A stretch of DNA of 44,126 nt from assembly GCA_021413475.1 (NCBI GenBank), contig JAIOQJ010000325.1:1-44126 (forward strand), in the 5' to 3' direction. Both the position numbers and the translations under genes were made by a program. Position 1 is the stretch's first letter. Each line of letters starts with the position of its first letter. This document shows positions 19,354 through 27,389 of this stretch, in pieces. This stretch comes from Planctomycetota bacterium. GTDB lineage: Bacteria; Planctomycetota; Planctomycetia; Gemmatales; Gemmataceae. The notes under the pieces were generated by a model. That model worked only from the letters and a program-made list of their open reading frames with translations. It was not told the origin of the DNA and ran no database searches.

Positions 19354-19553
19354 ACGAACGGTCTCGAAGCCACTTCGCCCAGAAAAGAATCGTTGTCGAG
19401 AAGATCGTCCGTCAAGATAGAGAGACTTTAACGGGAATGACGATCCTGCCGATTATTCCGGTTCTGCCTTCAAAACGCGGAGTTTGGCGAATCCGGGCGG
19501 ACTGATGGGCGTCGCTCGGATTTCAGGAGATTGACGACTTCCCGAACCGGAAC

Positions 19554-19581
19554 TTGTCGCTCGCCCTCCGACCTCTATATT
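19554..19581 (+). promoter_or_regulatory. Candidate sigma70-like promoter for rpmB (TTGTCG-N16-TATATT)
   Basis: The -35-like TTGTCG is at 19554-19559 and the -10-like TATATT at 19576-19581. This is about 58 nt upstream of the rpmB ATG. Pattern match only. Confidence 0.3.
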
Positions 19582-19639
19582 GAAAGATTCAACGAAGTTC
19601 GGAACCGTTCCCCGCTATGCCGTCGGGAGTCGATTGATC

Positions 19640-19903
19640 ATGGGCATGCAGTGTTTTACTTGTGGCAAGAAACCCGCGGTAGGCAACCAAAAGACCTATC
19701 GCGGCAAGGCGAAATACCTGGGTGGCGTCGGTCGCAAGATCACCGGCACTACCAAACGGGTTTTCTATCCGAACCTGCAACGCGTGCAGCTCGTCACCAA
19801 AGAGGGTGTCACCTGCCGGAAGACGGTCTGCACCCAGTGCATCCGCAGCGGTAAGGTTCAACGCCCGCAGAAGAAAAAACCGTTCAGCACCATCAGCGTC
19901 TGA
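19640..19903 (+). CDS. rpmB: 50S ribosomal protein L28
   Basis: MGMQCFTCGKKPAVGNQ...KRVFYPNLQRVQL matches the L28 signature (C-x2-C-GK-x-P-x2-GN ... KR-x-F-x-PNLQ). Start taken at ATG 19640; the track start at 19580 is probably too far upstream. Confidence 0.85.
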   Translation: MGMQCFTCGKKPAVGNQKTYRGKAKYLGGVGRKITGTTKRVFYPNLQRVQLVTKEGVTCRKTVCTQCIRSGKVQRPQKKKPFSTISV

Positions 19904-19930
19904 CGGCTTGACGTACGCACGAAACCTCTG

Positions 19931-19960
19931 GCCCACCGGCGACAATCGGTGGGCTTTCTC
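19931..19960 (+). terminator. Weak terminator/attenuator-like hairpin between rpmB and gatC
   Basis: The gcccaccg / cggtgggc 8-bp stem (19931-19938 / 19947-19954) has an 8-nt loop and is followed by TTTCTC. Confidence 0.35.
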
Positions 19961-19980
19961 ACGTCCGCACCGGAGCGGTC

Positions 19981-20283
19981 ATGGATATTGAAGAAGTTCG
20001 CAAAGTGGCCCGGCTTTCCCGGCTCGATTTGAAAGATGCCGAGCTGGTTGACATGGCCACACGTCTCTCCGCGATCTTGCAGTACGTCGATCAATTGAAA
20101 GAATTGAATACCGATGGTGTCGAACCGCTGGCCCATCCGTTGCCCATTCACAATGTTTTCCGATCCGACGAACCGAGCCCGTCATTAACCGTTGACGCCG
20201 CGCTTCAGAACGCCCCCGCACGGCATGGCGATTTCTTTGGCGTCCCTGCTGTCCTCGACCCGGCGGACGATCTCAGTCATTAA
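19981..20283 (+). CDS. gatC: Asp-tRNA(Asn)/Glu-tRNA(Gln) amidotransferase subunit C
   Basis: VRKVARLSRLDL...LSAILQYVDQLKELNTDGVEPLAHPL is a typical GatC. 100 aa. Confidence 0.9.
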   Translation: MDIEEVRKVARLSRLDLKDAELVDMATRLSAILQYVDQLKELNTDGVEPLAHPLPIHNVFRSDEPSPSLTVDAALQNAPARHGDFFGVPAVLDPADDLSH

Positions 20284-20325
20284 CCCATCTTGTGAAGCCG
20301 CGACGCGCAGCGGAGCGTTTTCCCC

Positions 20326-21663
20326 ATGAGCATCATCGAAAAAACCGCCACCGAGCTGCTGGCGATGCAGGCCAAGGGCGAAGCCACGGCCGAAGCGATC
20401 GCCGACGCGTTCCTGGCCGCGATTCGACAACGCGATCCGCACGTGAAGGCGTATCTCCACGTCGATGAGGCCGCCGTTCGCGAGCAAGCCAAATCGGTCG
20501 ATTCGAAACGAAAACGGGGCGAAAAGCTTGGCCCGCTCGCGGGGGTGCCGATCGCCGTCAAGGATGTCCTTTGCACCAAGGGCGTGCCGACCACTTGCGG
20601 CAGCAAGATCCTGCATAATTACGTCCCTCCGTACGACGCCCATGTCATCTCCCCTGGCGGGTCATCCGGTGGCTCGGCGGCAGCCCTCGCCGCCTCGGAA
20701 GCCGCCTTGGCGATTGGGTCCGACACCGGCGGCTCGATTCGCCAGCCCGCTAGCCTGTGCGGCATCGTCGGCATCAAGCCGACCTATGGTCGGGTGTCGC
20801 GATTCGGCTTGGTCGCATTCGCATCATCGCTCGATCAGGTTGGGCCGTTCGCCCACAACGTCGCCGATGCCGCGTTGTTGCTTGAAGTGATCGCCGGACA
20901 CGACTCCCGCGATAGCACCAGTGTCGATCAGCCTGTGCCGAATTATTCCAAGACGCTCGACGAACCGGTGAAGGGCCTACGCATCGGCGTGCCGAAGGAA
21001 TTTTTCGGTGAAGGGCTCGACGCAGAGGTGGAGGCATCAATCAAGACGGCCTTGCGTGAATACGAGAAGCAAGGTGCGAAACTGGTCGATGTCTCGCTAC
21101 CGCACAGCCCGTACGCGATCGCCGTCTATTATCTGGTCGCGACGGCTGAGGCGTCGAGTAACCTCGCCCGCTACGACGGCATGCATTACGGGCATCGCAC
21201 CAAGGCCAAGGGCGACCTCGTCGCCACCTACAGCAAGTCGCGCGGCGAGGGGTTCGGCAAGGAAGTTCAGTGCCGGATCATGCTCGGCACTTACGCTCTC
21301 TCCAGCGGTTATAAAGACGCCTATTATCTGAAGGCCCTGAAGGTGCGCCGCCTCATCAAGAACGACTTTGATAATGCGTTCAAGCAATGCGACGTCATCA
21401 TGGGTCCGACGTCCCCGACCCCCGCGTTCAAGATCGGTGAAAAGGCCGACAGTTCGCTGGCCATGTATCTTTCGGACATCTACACGATCAGTTGCAACCT
21501 CGCCGGCATCGCCGGCATGAGCATCCCGTGCGGGTTCACGAAGAGCGGCCTGCCGATCGGCCTGCAAATTCTCGCCGGCCCGTTCGAAGAAGAAAAGATG
21601 CTCCGCGTCGCCCGGCAATTCGAGAAGGCCACGGACTGGCACACGAAACGACCGAAGCTGTAA
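20326..21663 (+). CDS. gatA: Asp-tRNA(Asn)/Glu-tRNA(Gln) amidotransferase subunit A, with an apparent ~40-aa internal in-frame deletion
   Basis: Amidase-signature motifs are present: GVPIAVKDVLCTKGVPTTCGSKIL, GGSSGGSAAALA, GSDTGGSIRQPAS, KPTYGRVSRFGLVAFASSLDQVGP. The GKTNxDEFAMGSS block expected between PPYDA and GGSSGG is absent. Confidence 0.85.
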   Translation: MSIIEKTATELLAMQAKGEATAEAIADAFLAAIRQRDPHVKAYLHVDEAAVREQAKSVDSKRKRGEKLGPLAGVPIAVKDVLCTKGVPTTCGSKILHNYVPPYDAHVISPGGSSGGSAAALAASEAALAIGSDTGGSIRQPASLCGIVGIKPTYGRVSRFGLVAFASSLDQVGPFAHNVADAALLLEVIAGHDSRDSTSVDQPVPNYSKTLDEPVKGLRIGVPKEFFGEGLDAEVEASIKTALREYEKQGAKLVDVSLPHSPYAIAVYYLVATAEASSNLARYDGMHYGHRTKAKGDLVATYSKSRGEGFGKEVQCRIMLGTYALSSGYKDAYYLKALKVRRLIKNDFDNAFKQCDVIMGPTSPTPAFKIGEKADSSLAMYLSDIYTISCNLAGIAGMSIPCGFTKSGLPIGLQILAGPFEEEKMLRVARQFEKATDWHTKRPKL

Positions 21664-21686
21664 ATTGCGTCGAAGAACAAAACCTT

Positions 21687-21767
21687 ATCACGAAAGCACG
21701 AAAGAATGAAAGCACGAAAGTAGGCCACGGATTTTTTCGTGCTTTCATTCTTTCATGCTTTCGTGAT
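21687..21767. repeat. Family A palindromic hairpin, copy 2: 33-bp stem (1 mismatch), 15-nt loop, followed by T6
   Basis: 21687-21719 (atcacgaaagcacgaaagaatgaaagcacgaaa) pairs with 21735-21767. T6 at 21773-21778. It lies inside the gatA-gatB spacer. Confidence 0.95.
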
Positions 21768-21806
21768 CCGTCTTTTTTGAGACATCGCGTTTCGAGCGAG
21801 GCACTC

Positions 21807-23300
21807 ATGGCCGCAGCGTACAAGACCATCATCGGGCTCGAAGTTCACGTCCAGTTGCTCACGCGGACGAAGCTGTTTTGCGGCTGCGCCACTCGCTTCG
21901 GTGCGTCGCCAAATTCGCAAGTATGCCAGGTGTGCCTGGGCCTACCTGGTGCCTTACCGGTGATGAACCGCACCGCCTTCGAGCTTTCGCTGCGCGCGGC
22001 CCTGGCCCTGAACTGCGAGATTGCCGCGTTCACAAAGTGGGATCGCAAGAACTACTACTACCCCGACCTGCCTAAGAACTTTCAGATCAGCCAGTACGAT
22101 CTCCCCTTCAGTTCGGAAGGTTGGCTCGAAATCAACGCGGCCGCGGATCCCAAGAAAGAGTTTTTGCCGAAGCGGATTGGTATCATCCGCGCCCATCTTG
22201 AAGAAGATGCGGGCAAATCGATACACGATGAATCGGGCCGAGGCGGCGATAGCAAAGTCGATCTCAATCGCACCGGCACGCCACTTTTGGAAATCGTCAG
22301 CAAGCCCGAAATGGAAAGTGCCGAGGAAGCGAAAGCGTTTCTCGAAGAGATTCGTTTGATGCTTCGCGAGATCGGCGTCTCCGATTGCGAAATGCAAGAA
22401 GGCTCACTCCGCTGCGATGCAAACGTAAACGTGAAAGTCACGCAACCGGACGGCAGTTGGGCGGCGACGCCGATCGTTGAGATCAAAAATCTCAACAGCA
22501 TCGGCTCCGTGGAACGCTCGATCCGCTACGAGGCCCAGCGCCAGTACGAGCAGTTCCTGAAGGACAAGATCACCCTCTCCCCCGGCAACAAAACCACGGC
22601 CGGCTGGAACGACGATCGCGGCATCACCAAGGTGCAACGCACCAAGGAAGAGTCGGCCGATTACCGCTATTTCCCCGATCCCGACCTGGTTCCGGTACTC
22701 GTTTCGCCAGCCGAGATCGACCACGCGCGGGCCGCGATGGGCGAACTCCCCGCGCAGCAGCGGAAGCGATTGCAAGATTCCCCGTTCACGCTCTCGGCCT
22801 ACGACGCGGGTGTGTTGACCGCGCAGGGTCGGCACGTCGTGGCGTATTTCGAGGCGGTGGCTTCGAAGGCCGGTGACGCCAAGGCAGCATGTAACTGGAT
22901 CGCCAACGATGTGCTGGCCAGCCTGCGCGATCGCGACGAGGAGATCGACCGCTTCCCCGTCTCCGCCGAACGGCTGGGCAATCTCGTACTCGAAGTAAAG
23001 AAAACCGGCCTGCCGATGAACAAGGCTCGCGAAGTCTATGCCGACATGCTGGCCAACGGCGGCGAGGCCGGGGAGGTGATGAAAAAACTCGGCTTCCAGG
23101 TCGTCTCAGATGAAGGGCAATTACGCGAAATCATCCGTAAAGCGATTGGCGCGAACGCCCAGGCCGTCGCTGACTTCAAGGCCGGTAAGGTAAAGGCCGC
23201 CGACCGTATCAAAGGGGCGGTGATGAAGGAAACAAAGGGCATGGCCAACGCGGAGACGGTGAATCGGTTGCTGGTGGAGGAACTGTCGAAGAGCGCCTAA
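21807..23300 (+). CDS. gatB: Asp-tRNA(Asn)/Glu-tRNA(Gln) amidotransferase subunit B
   Basis: MAAAYKTIIGLEVHVQLLTRTKLFCGC...NYYYPDLPKNFQISQYD...AHLEEDAGK is canonical GatB. The track ORF start at 21492 only reads through the hairpin repeat. Confidence 0.92.
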   Translation: MAAAYKTIIGLEVHVQLLTRTKLFCGCATRFGASPNSQVCQVCLGLPGALPVMNRTAFELSLRAALALNCEIAAFTKWDRKNYYYPDLPKNFQISQYDLPFSSEGWLEINAAADPKKEFLPKRIGIIRAHLEEDAGKSIHDESGRGGDSKVDLNRTGTPLLEIVSKPEMESAEEAKAFLEEIRLMLREIGVSDCEMQEGSLRCDANVNVKVTQPDGSWAATPIVEIKNLNSIGSVERSIRYEAQRQYEQFLKDKITLSPGNKTTAGWNDDRGITKVQRTKEESADYRYFPDPDLVPVLVSPAEIDHARAAMGELPAQQRKRLQDSPFTLSAYDAGVLTAQGRHVVAYFEAVASKAGDAKAACNWIANDVLASLRDRDEEIDRFPVSAERLGNLVLEVKKTGLPMNKAREVYADMLANGGEAGEVMKKLGFQVVSDEGQLREIIRKAIGANAQAVADFKAGKVKAADRIKGAVMKETKGMANAETVNRLLVEELSKSA

Positions 23301-23314
23301 AACCGAAGAAGATT

Positions 23315-23467
23315 GAACTACAGAGACACAGAAGCACAGAGAAGATAAGAAGAGAGCAGAGGAAGACACGCTTTCTTCTAATTTCACCTGATTCCACGGC
23401 AATCTAGCGAATGCCAGTGCTTCTCGTTTCTTCTTTTCTTCTCTGTGCTTCTGTGTCTCTGTGGTTC
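23315..23467. repeat. Long inverted repeat (39-bp arms, 2 mismatches, 75-nt spacer) between convergent gatB and DUF1501
   Basis: 23315-23353 (gaactacagagacacagaagcacagagaagataagaaga) matches the reverse complement of 23429-23467. The arms are purine-rich with an ~8-nt ACAGAGAC-like periodicity. Confidence 0.9.
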
Positions 23468-23501
23468 AAATGTCTTTGGTTTTGGTTGCCGATGAGTTGA
23501 G

Positions 23502-24914
23502 TTACGCCAAAACCTCGCGGACGACATTTCCATGCACATCCGTCAGCCGCATGTCGCGGCCGCCGAATCTGAATGTCAGCTTGGTGTGGTCGATGCCGAG
23601 TAGATGCAGCATGGTGGCGTGCAGGTCGTGGATCTCAACCCGGCCGTTGACCATCTTGTAGCCGAACTCATCAGTCGCCCCGTGAACGGCGCCGCCTTTG
23701 ATGCCGCCGCCCGCCATCCAGATCGTGAAGCCGTATTGATTGTGGTCGCGGCCGTCATTTCCCTGGGCGAACGGCGTGCGGCCGAACTCGCCGCCCCAGA
23801 TCACCAATGTCGATTCGAACAGGCCGCGCGATTTCAGATCGCGCAGCAGCCCGGCGATCGGTTGATCGACGCAACGGCAATTGTCTTCGTGGCCCTTGCG
23901 CAGATTGGCGTGTTGGTCCCAGCGGTCGTGCCCGAGCGACGGCACCGTCAACTCGATAAAGCGAGCCCCTCGTTCGATCAAACGGCGGGCGATCAAGCAC
24001 TGTCGGCCGAAGGTTTTCGTCGGCCCATACGCGGCTTCGAGGCCGTAGAGTTTTTGCGTCGCGAGGCTTTCGCCGTTGATGTTCATCAACTCCGGCACGG
24101 CCGTCTGCATTCGGTAGGCGGTTTCGTGATTGGCGATGGCCGACTCGATCTCGTCGACGCGGCCGAGCCGTTCGGCGACGCTGGCATCCAGCTTGCGGAG
24201 TAACGCGAGCTTGCGGCGTTGCTCTTCGTCAGTGGCTTCGGTGCGGACGATGTTCGCAACGGGTGGATCGCCGGCCCGGAAGATTGAACCCTGAAACGCG
24301 GCGGGCAGGAAGCCGCTGTTGAAATTGTCGAGCCCGCCCGGCGGGATCAGGCCGCCGTTGAGGACGATGAAGCCCGGCAGGTTCTTGTTCTCGCTGCCGA
24401 GCCCGTAGCCCATCCACGCCCCCATGCTCGGCCGGCCTTGGATGCCGGAGCCGGTGTGCAGGAAATAGTTGGCGGACGTATGCTCCGGAAATTTCGAGAC
24501 CATCGAATGGATCATTGCCATGTCGTCCACGCAGCCGGAAATGTGCGGGAAGAGATCGCTGACCCAGATGCCGCTCTGGCCGTATTGCTTGAACTTCCAC
24601 GGCGAGGCCATCACCTTGCCGATGCTATTGAACTGCGTCGGCTCCACTTTGAAGACTGTTCGAGGATCGCGGCCGTTGTACTTTTCGAGCATCGGCTTGT
24701 AGTCGAAGGTGTCGACCTGTGACGGGCCGCCATCCATGTAGAGGAAGATCACATTACGCACGGCCGGCTTGTGATGCAGCACCGGCCGAAACGGATCCGC
24801 CGCCGCGGCTTCCTCCGCGAGCATCGCGGTTAGCGCAACCGCCCCGAAGCCGTTGGCACAGCGCGAGAGCATTTCACGCCGGGTGAGAATCGATGGAAAT
24901 GGCCGGGGGTGCAT
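23502..24914 (-). CDS. DUF1501 domain-containing (sulfatase-like) protein with Tat signal
   Basis: [19 protein letters not shown] twin-arginine signal, [27 protein letters not shown]. Conserved C-terminus [33 protein letters not shown]. RBS gagga. Confidence 0.9.
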   Translation of the reverse strand: [470 protein letters not shown]

Positions 24915-24947
24915 CGCGGTTCCTCGTTCAAATGCAGAGAAAGACCT

Positions 24948-25073
24948 ATCACGAAAACACGAAAGAATGAAAGCACGAAAAAAATCAAGAAATTACTTGA
25001 TTCATCATAACTTGAGTTCGAGAACTACTCGTAACTTCTTTTTCGTGGTTTCATTCTTTCGTGTTTTCGTGAT
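24948..25073. repeat. Family A palindromic hairpin, copy 3: 33-bp stem (1 mismatch) with a 60-nt loop
   Basis: 24948-24980 (atcacgaaaacacgaaagaatgaaagcacgaaa) pairs with 25041-25073. The loop contains a small hairpin, atcaag...cttgat. Confidence 0.95.
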
Positions 25074-25102
25074 AAGTCTTTTCGATTTTTTCCGGCGTGA
25101 CG

Positions 25103-25125
25103 GCGAGCGCTAAGCCGCAAGCGGC
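25103..25125. repeat. Solo half-site of the family B repeat, abutting a stop codon
   Basis: 25103-25125 (gcgagcgctaagccgcaagcggc) is identical to 17783-17805. In both places the repeat ends exactly at the stop codon of a minus-strand gene. Confidence 0.9.
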
Positions 25126-25515
25126 TCATCGCGGATTCACGTTTACTATATCCGATTTCGTGCTCTCGATGATCGCCACCAGTTCCTGGCGCATATCGTC
25201 GGGGACGCCGAATTTGTCGAACGTCTGGCGAAGATCGTCGTGGAACGCGGTCCATTCCGCTTCGTTGATGCCAAGGTGGGCGTGCGAGTCGTACATCGAT
25301 TTGCCCGTGTACTTCTGCGGCCCGCCGGTTGCCCAGCAGACCATTTCGGTGACCAGGTATTTGAATCCGGCTGGTGTCACGCGATGGTGCGCCTCGTCGA
25401 CTTTCGGGTTCGCGTTCAGGCGGGGGTCGGCCATTACACGATCGATAAAATCATCGATCACCGTGGCAATCGGATAGACGCCGCCGAGCCGTTCGTACAA
25501 CGGTTCACTCATCAC
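25126..25515 (-). CDS. Truncated (2-on-2) hemoglobin, group I-like
   Basis: PLYERLGG...VIDDFIDRVMADPRL...GGPQKYTGKSMYDSHAHLGINEAEW matches the trHb pattern (Gly-Gly motif, proximal His region). The start is GTG 25515 or ATG 25512, and it overlaps the upstream stop (TGATG). Confidence 0.8.
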   Translation of the reverse strand: MMSEPLYERLGGVYPIATVIDDFIDRVMADPRLNANPKVDEAHHRVTPAGFKYLVTEMVCWATGGPQKYTGKSMYDSHAHLGINEAEWTAFHDDLRQTFDKFGVPDDMRQELVAIIESTKSDIVNVNPR

Positions 25516-26960
25516 GTTTCCCTTTCAGCGATTTTTTGGCCAATTTCTCGCAGCAGCGCCACGATCTCATCGATATCGCCCGTCGTCGTTCGCCAGTTAA
25601 TGAAGCACATCCGCAGGGCAACCTGGTTCCGAATCCGCGTCGTCGAGAGAAACGCCCGCCGAGAGTCGCGTAGTTCCTGGACGAGTGCTTCGTTGAGTCG
25701 ATCCCATTGTGTTTCATCCACGGCCGTCGAGCGAAAGCGAAAACAGACGATACTCAGATTTCGCGGATGCATGATTTCGAAACAATCGGCCTTTTCGAGG
25801 CGAGCTTGGGCATAAGCCGCCAACCGCAGGCAGCGATCCGCCAGGTCGCGGAACCAGGCCTTGCCGAGCACCTGCACCGACATCCAAATTTTCAGGGCGA
25901 GGAAGCGGCGAGTCAACGCGATTCCGTGGTCGGCGAAGTTGATTTCTCCGTCGCGCGGCGTGACATCCTGCAAATAGTCGGGCCGCATCGAGAACGCTTC
26001 TTCAAGTAGCGGCCCATTTCGAACGAGCAGGCAACCGGCCTCGAACGTCTGCGAGAGCCACTTGTGCGGGTCGAGCGTGATTGAATCCGCCCGCTCGATC
26101 CCCGCCAGTTCGCGCTTCCCTTCTGGGGTTAATATCGCCGCCCAACCGTACGCGGCGTCGACGTGCAGCCAAAGTTTTTCGCGGGCGCAAAGATCCGCGA
26201 GATCATTCATCGGATCGACGGTCCCCGTGTTGGTCGCCCCCGCATTGGCGATCACGGCCCAGGGCAGATGTCCTTCACGGCGGTCGATCTCGATTTGTTG
26301 AAGCAAGGCGGGCACGTGGAACTTCAGATCCGGTCCCGATGAAATCGCCTGAATCCGATCGGGATGCAGGCCAATCACCTTGGCGGCCCGGTCGATCGAC
26401 CAGTGGCGTTGATCGCTGACGTAGAGCACCATGCGTCTGCGATCGGCAAAGGGGACGCGTTCGCGAGCGGTGACCAGGGCCGTTAGATTGGCCTCGGAGC
26501 CGCCGCTGGTGAGGATGCCGCGAGCCTCGGAAGGATAGCCGACCCATTCTTTGAACCAATCGAGCACAGTCAATTCGACCTGCGTCGGCCCCGACGCTTC
26601 GAGCCAGACGCCGCAGAAAAAGTTGGCGGCGGAGCAAAGCCAATCGCCGAGCACCGATGGAAACGCTGGTCCGCCGGGCACGAAGGCGAGGAAACGCGGA
26701 TGGTTCGTCTTGTACGCGAACGGAATGATCTGCTTCTGAAAGCGGCCGAGCACCTCGGCAAACGGACGGCCTGATTCCGGAGCCGATTCGCCCAGAAGTG
26801 CCTGCAATTCTTGCGGAGTAGCTCCGTTGCCGAGCAATTGATCCGAGAGCGAAGTAAAATGGTCGAGCGACCAGCGCGTCACCAATCGCGCGGCCTCTTC
26901 CAGTTCCCCCAGTGATGGATGGGAATGAGCCCGGCCAAGATCAGGCGGAACGTCGGTCAC
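25512..26960 (-). CDS. Group II pyridoxal-phosphate-dependent decarboxylase (aromatic-L-amino-acid decarboxylase-like)
   Basis: HPRFLAFVPGG, TSGGSEANLTAL, HVDAAYGW, PLP-lysine motif SITLDPHKW, RRFLALKIW. GTG start 3 nt after the upstream stop. Confidence 0.88.
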   Translation of the reverse strand: MTDVPPDLGRAHSHPSLGELEEAARLVTRWSLDHFTSLSDQLLGNGATPQELQALLGESAPESGRPFAEVLGRFQKQIIPFAYKTNHPRFLAFVPGGPAFPSVLGDWLCSAANFFCGVWLEASGPTQVELTVLDWFKEWVGYPSEARGILTSGGSEANLTALVTARERVPFADRRRMVLYVSDQRHWSIDRAAKVIGLHPDRIQAISSGPDLKFHVPALLQQIEIDRREGHLPWAVIANAGATNTGTVDPMNDLADLCAREKLWLHVDAAYGWAAILTPEGKRELAGIERADSITLDPHKWLSQTFEAGCLLVRNGPLLEEAFSMRPDYLQDVTPRDGEINFADHGIALTRRFLALKIWMSVQVLGKAWFRDLADRCLRLAAYAQARLEKADCFEIMHPRNLSIVCFRFRSTAVDETQWDRLNEALVQELRDSRRAFLSTTRIRNQVALRMCFINWRTTTGDIDEIVALLREIGQKIAERET

Positions 26961-26963
26961 GTT

Positions 26964-27389
26964 TTAATGTGTGTGGGCTTTGCGAACGTGGTCGGCGGCA
27001 TCCTCGACCGGGATATGCCAGCCGCAATCGTCGCAGGGTGGGACATCCGGATAACAGTCGGCACAGTAAAGCGGGCCGCCGTGGAAGAATTGCTCGATCC
27101 GCAAGCGATCGGTACCCGCCAGACCTTCCAGGCTCAACGGAAACGCCTGCATGGTTTGGCACTTCTCGCACGGGTGCTCATTATGTTCTGCAATTACGGG
27201 CTTATAGTGGTTGTGCAATCCGCGAGCCACCACGCCGGTGCCGGAGCAGAGCGGGCAAGCCATGCCGAACTGAGCGACGATCGCCTTGCGGATGAAATCG
27301 CTTTTGTTGGGCAACTTGTTGAGGAACTCGGCCAGTTCCTCTTCGACCTTGAAGGCGACAATCTCAGTTTTCGGGGCCTTGCGGGCCAT
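26964..27389 (-). CDS. Ribbon-helix-helix (CopG-like) protein with a C-terminal domain containing four CxxC pairs
   Basis: EIVAFKVEEELAEFLNKLPNKSDFIRKAIV fits an RHH beta-alpha-alpha pattern. It is followed by CPLC, CEKC, CADC and CDDC. Confidence 0.7.
   Translation of the reverse strand: MARKAPKTEIVAFKVEEELAEFLNKLPNKSDFIRKAIVAQFGMACPLCSGTGVVARGLHNHYKPVIAEHNEHPCEKCQTMQAFPLSLEGLAGTDRLRIEQFFHGGPLYCADCYPDVPPCDDCGWHIPVEDAADHVRKAHTH

Noticed and set aside
21492-21806. N-terminal extension of the gatB ORF, which overlaps the gatA 3' end
   Set aside because: The extension reads through the family A hairpin (translating to ...KARKNESTK...FRAFILSCFRD). Canonical GatB begins at MAAAYKTIIGLEVH (ATG 21807).
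25097-25477. 126-aa plus-strand ORF
   Set aside because: It is antisense to the truncated hemoglobin gene and begins inside the family B half-site. No motifs were found.
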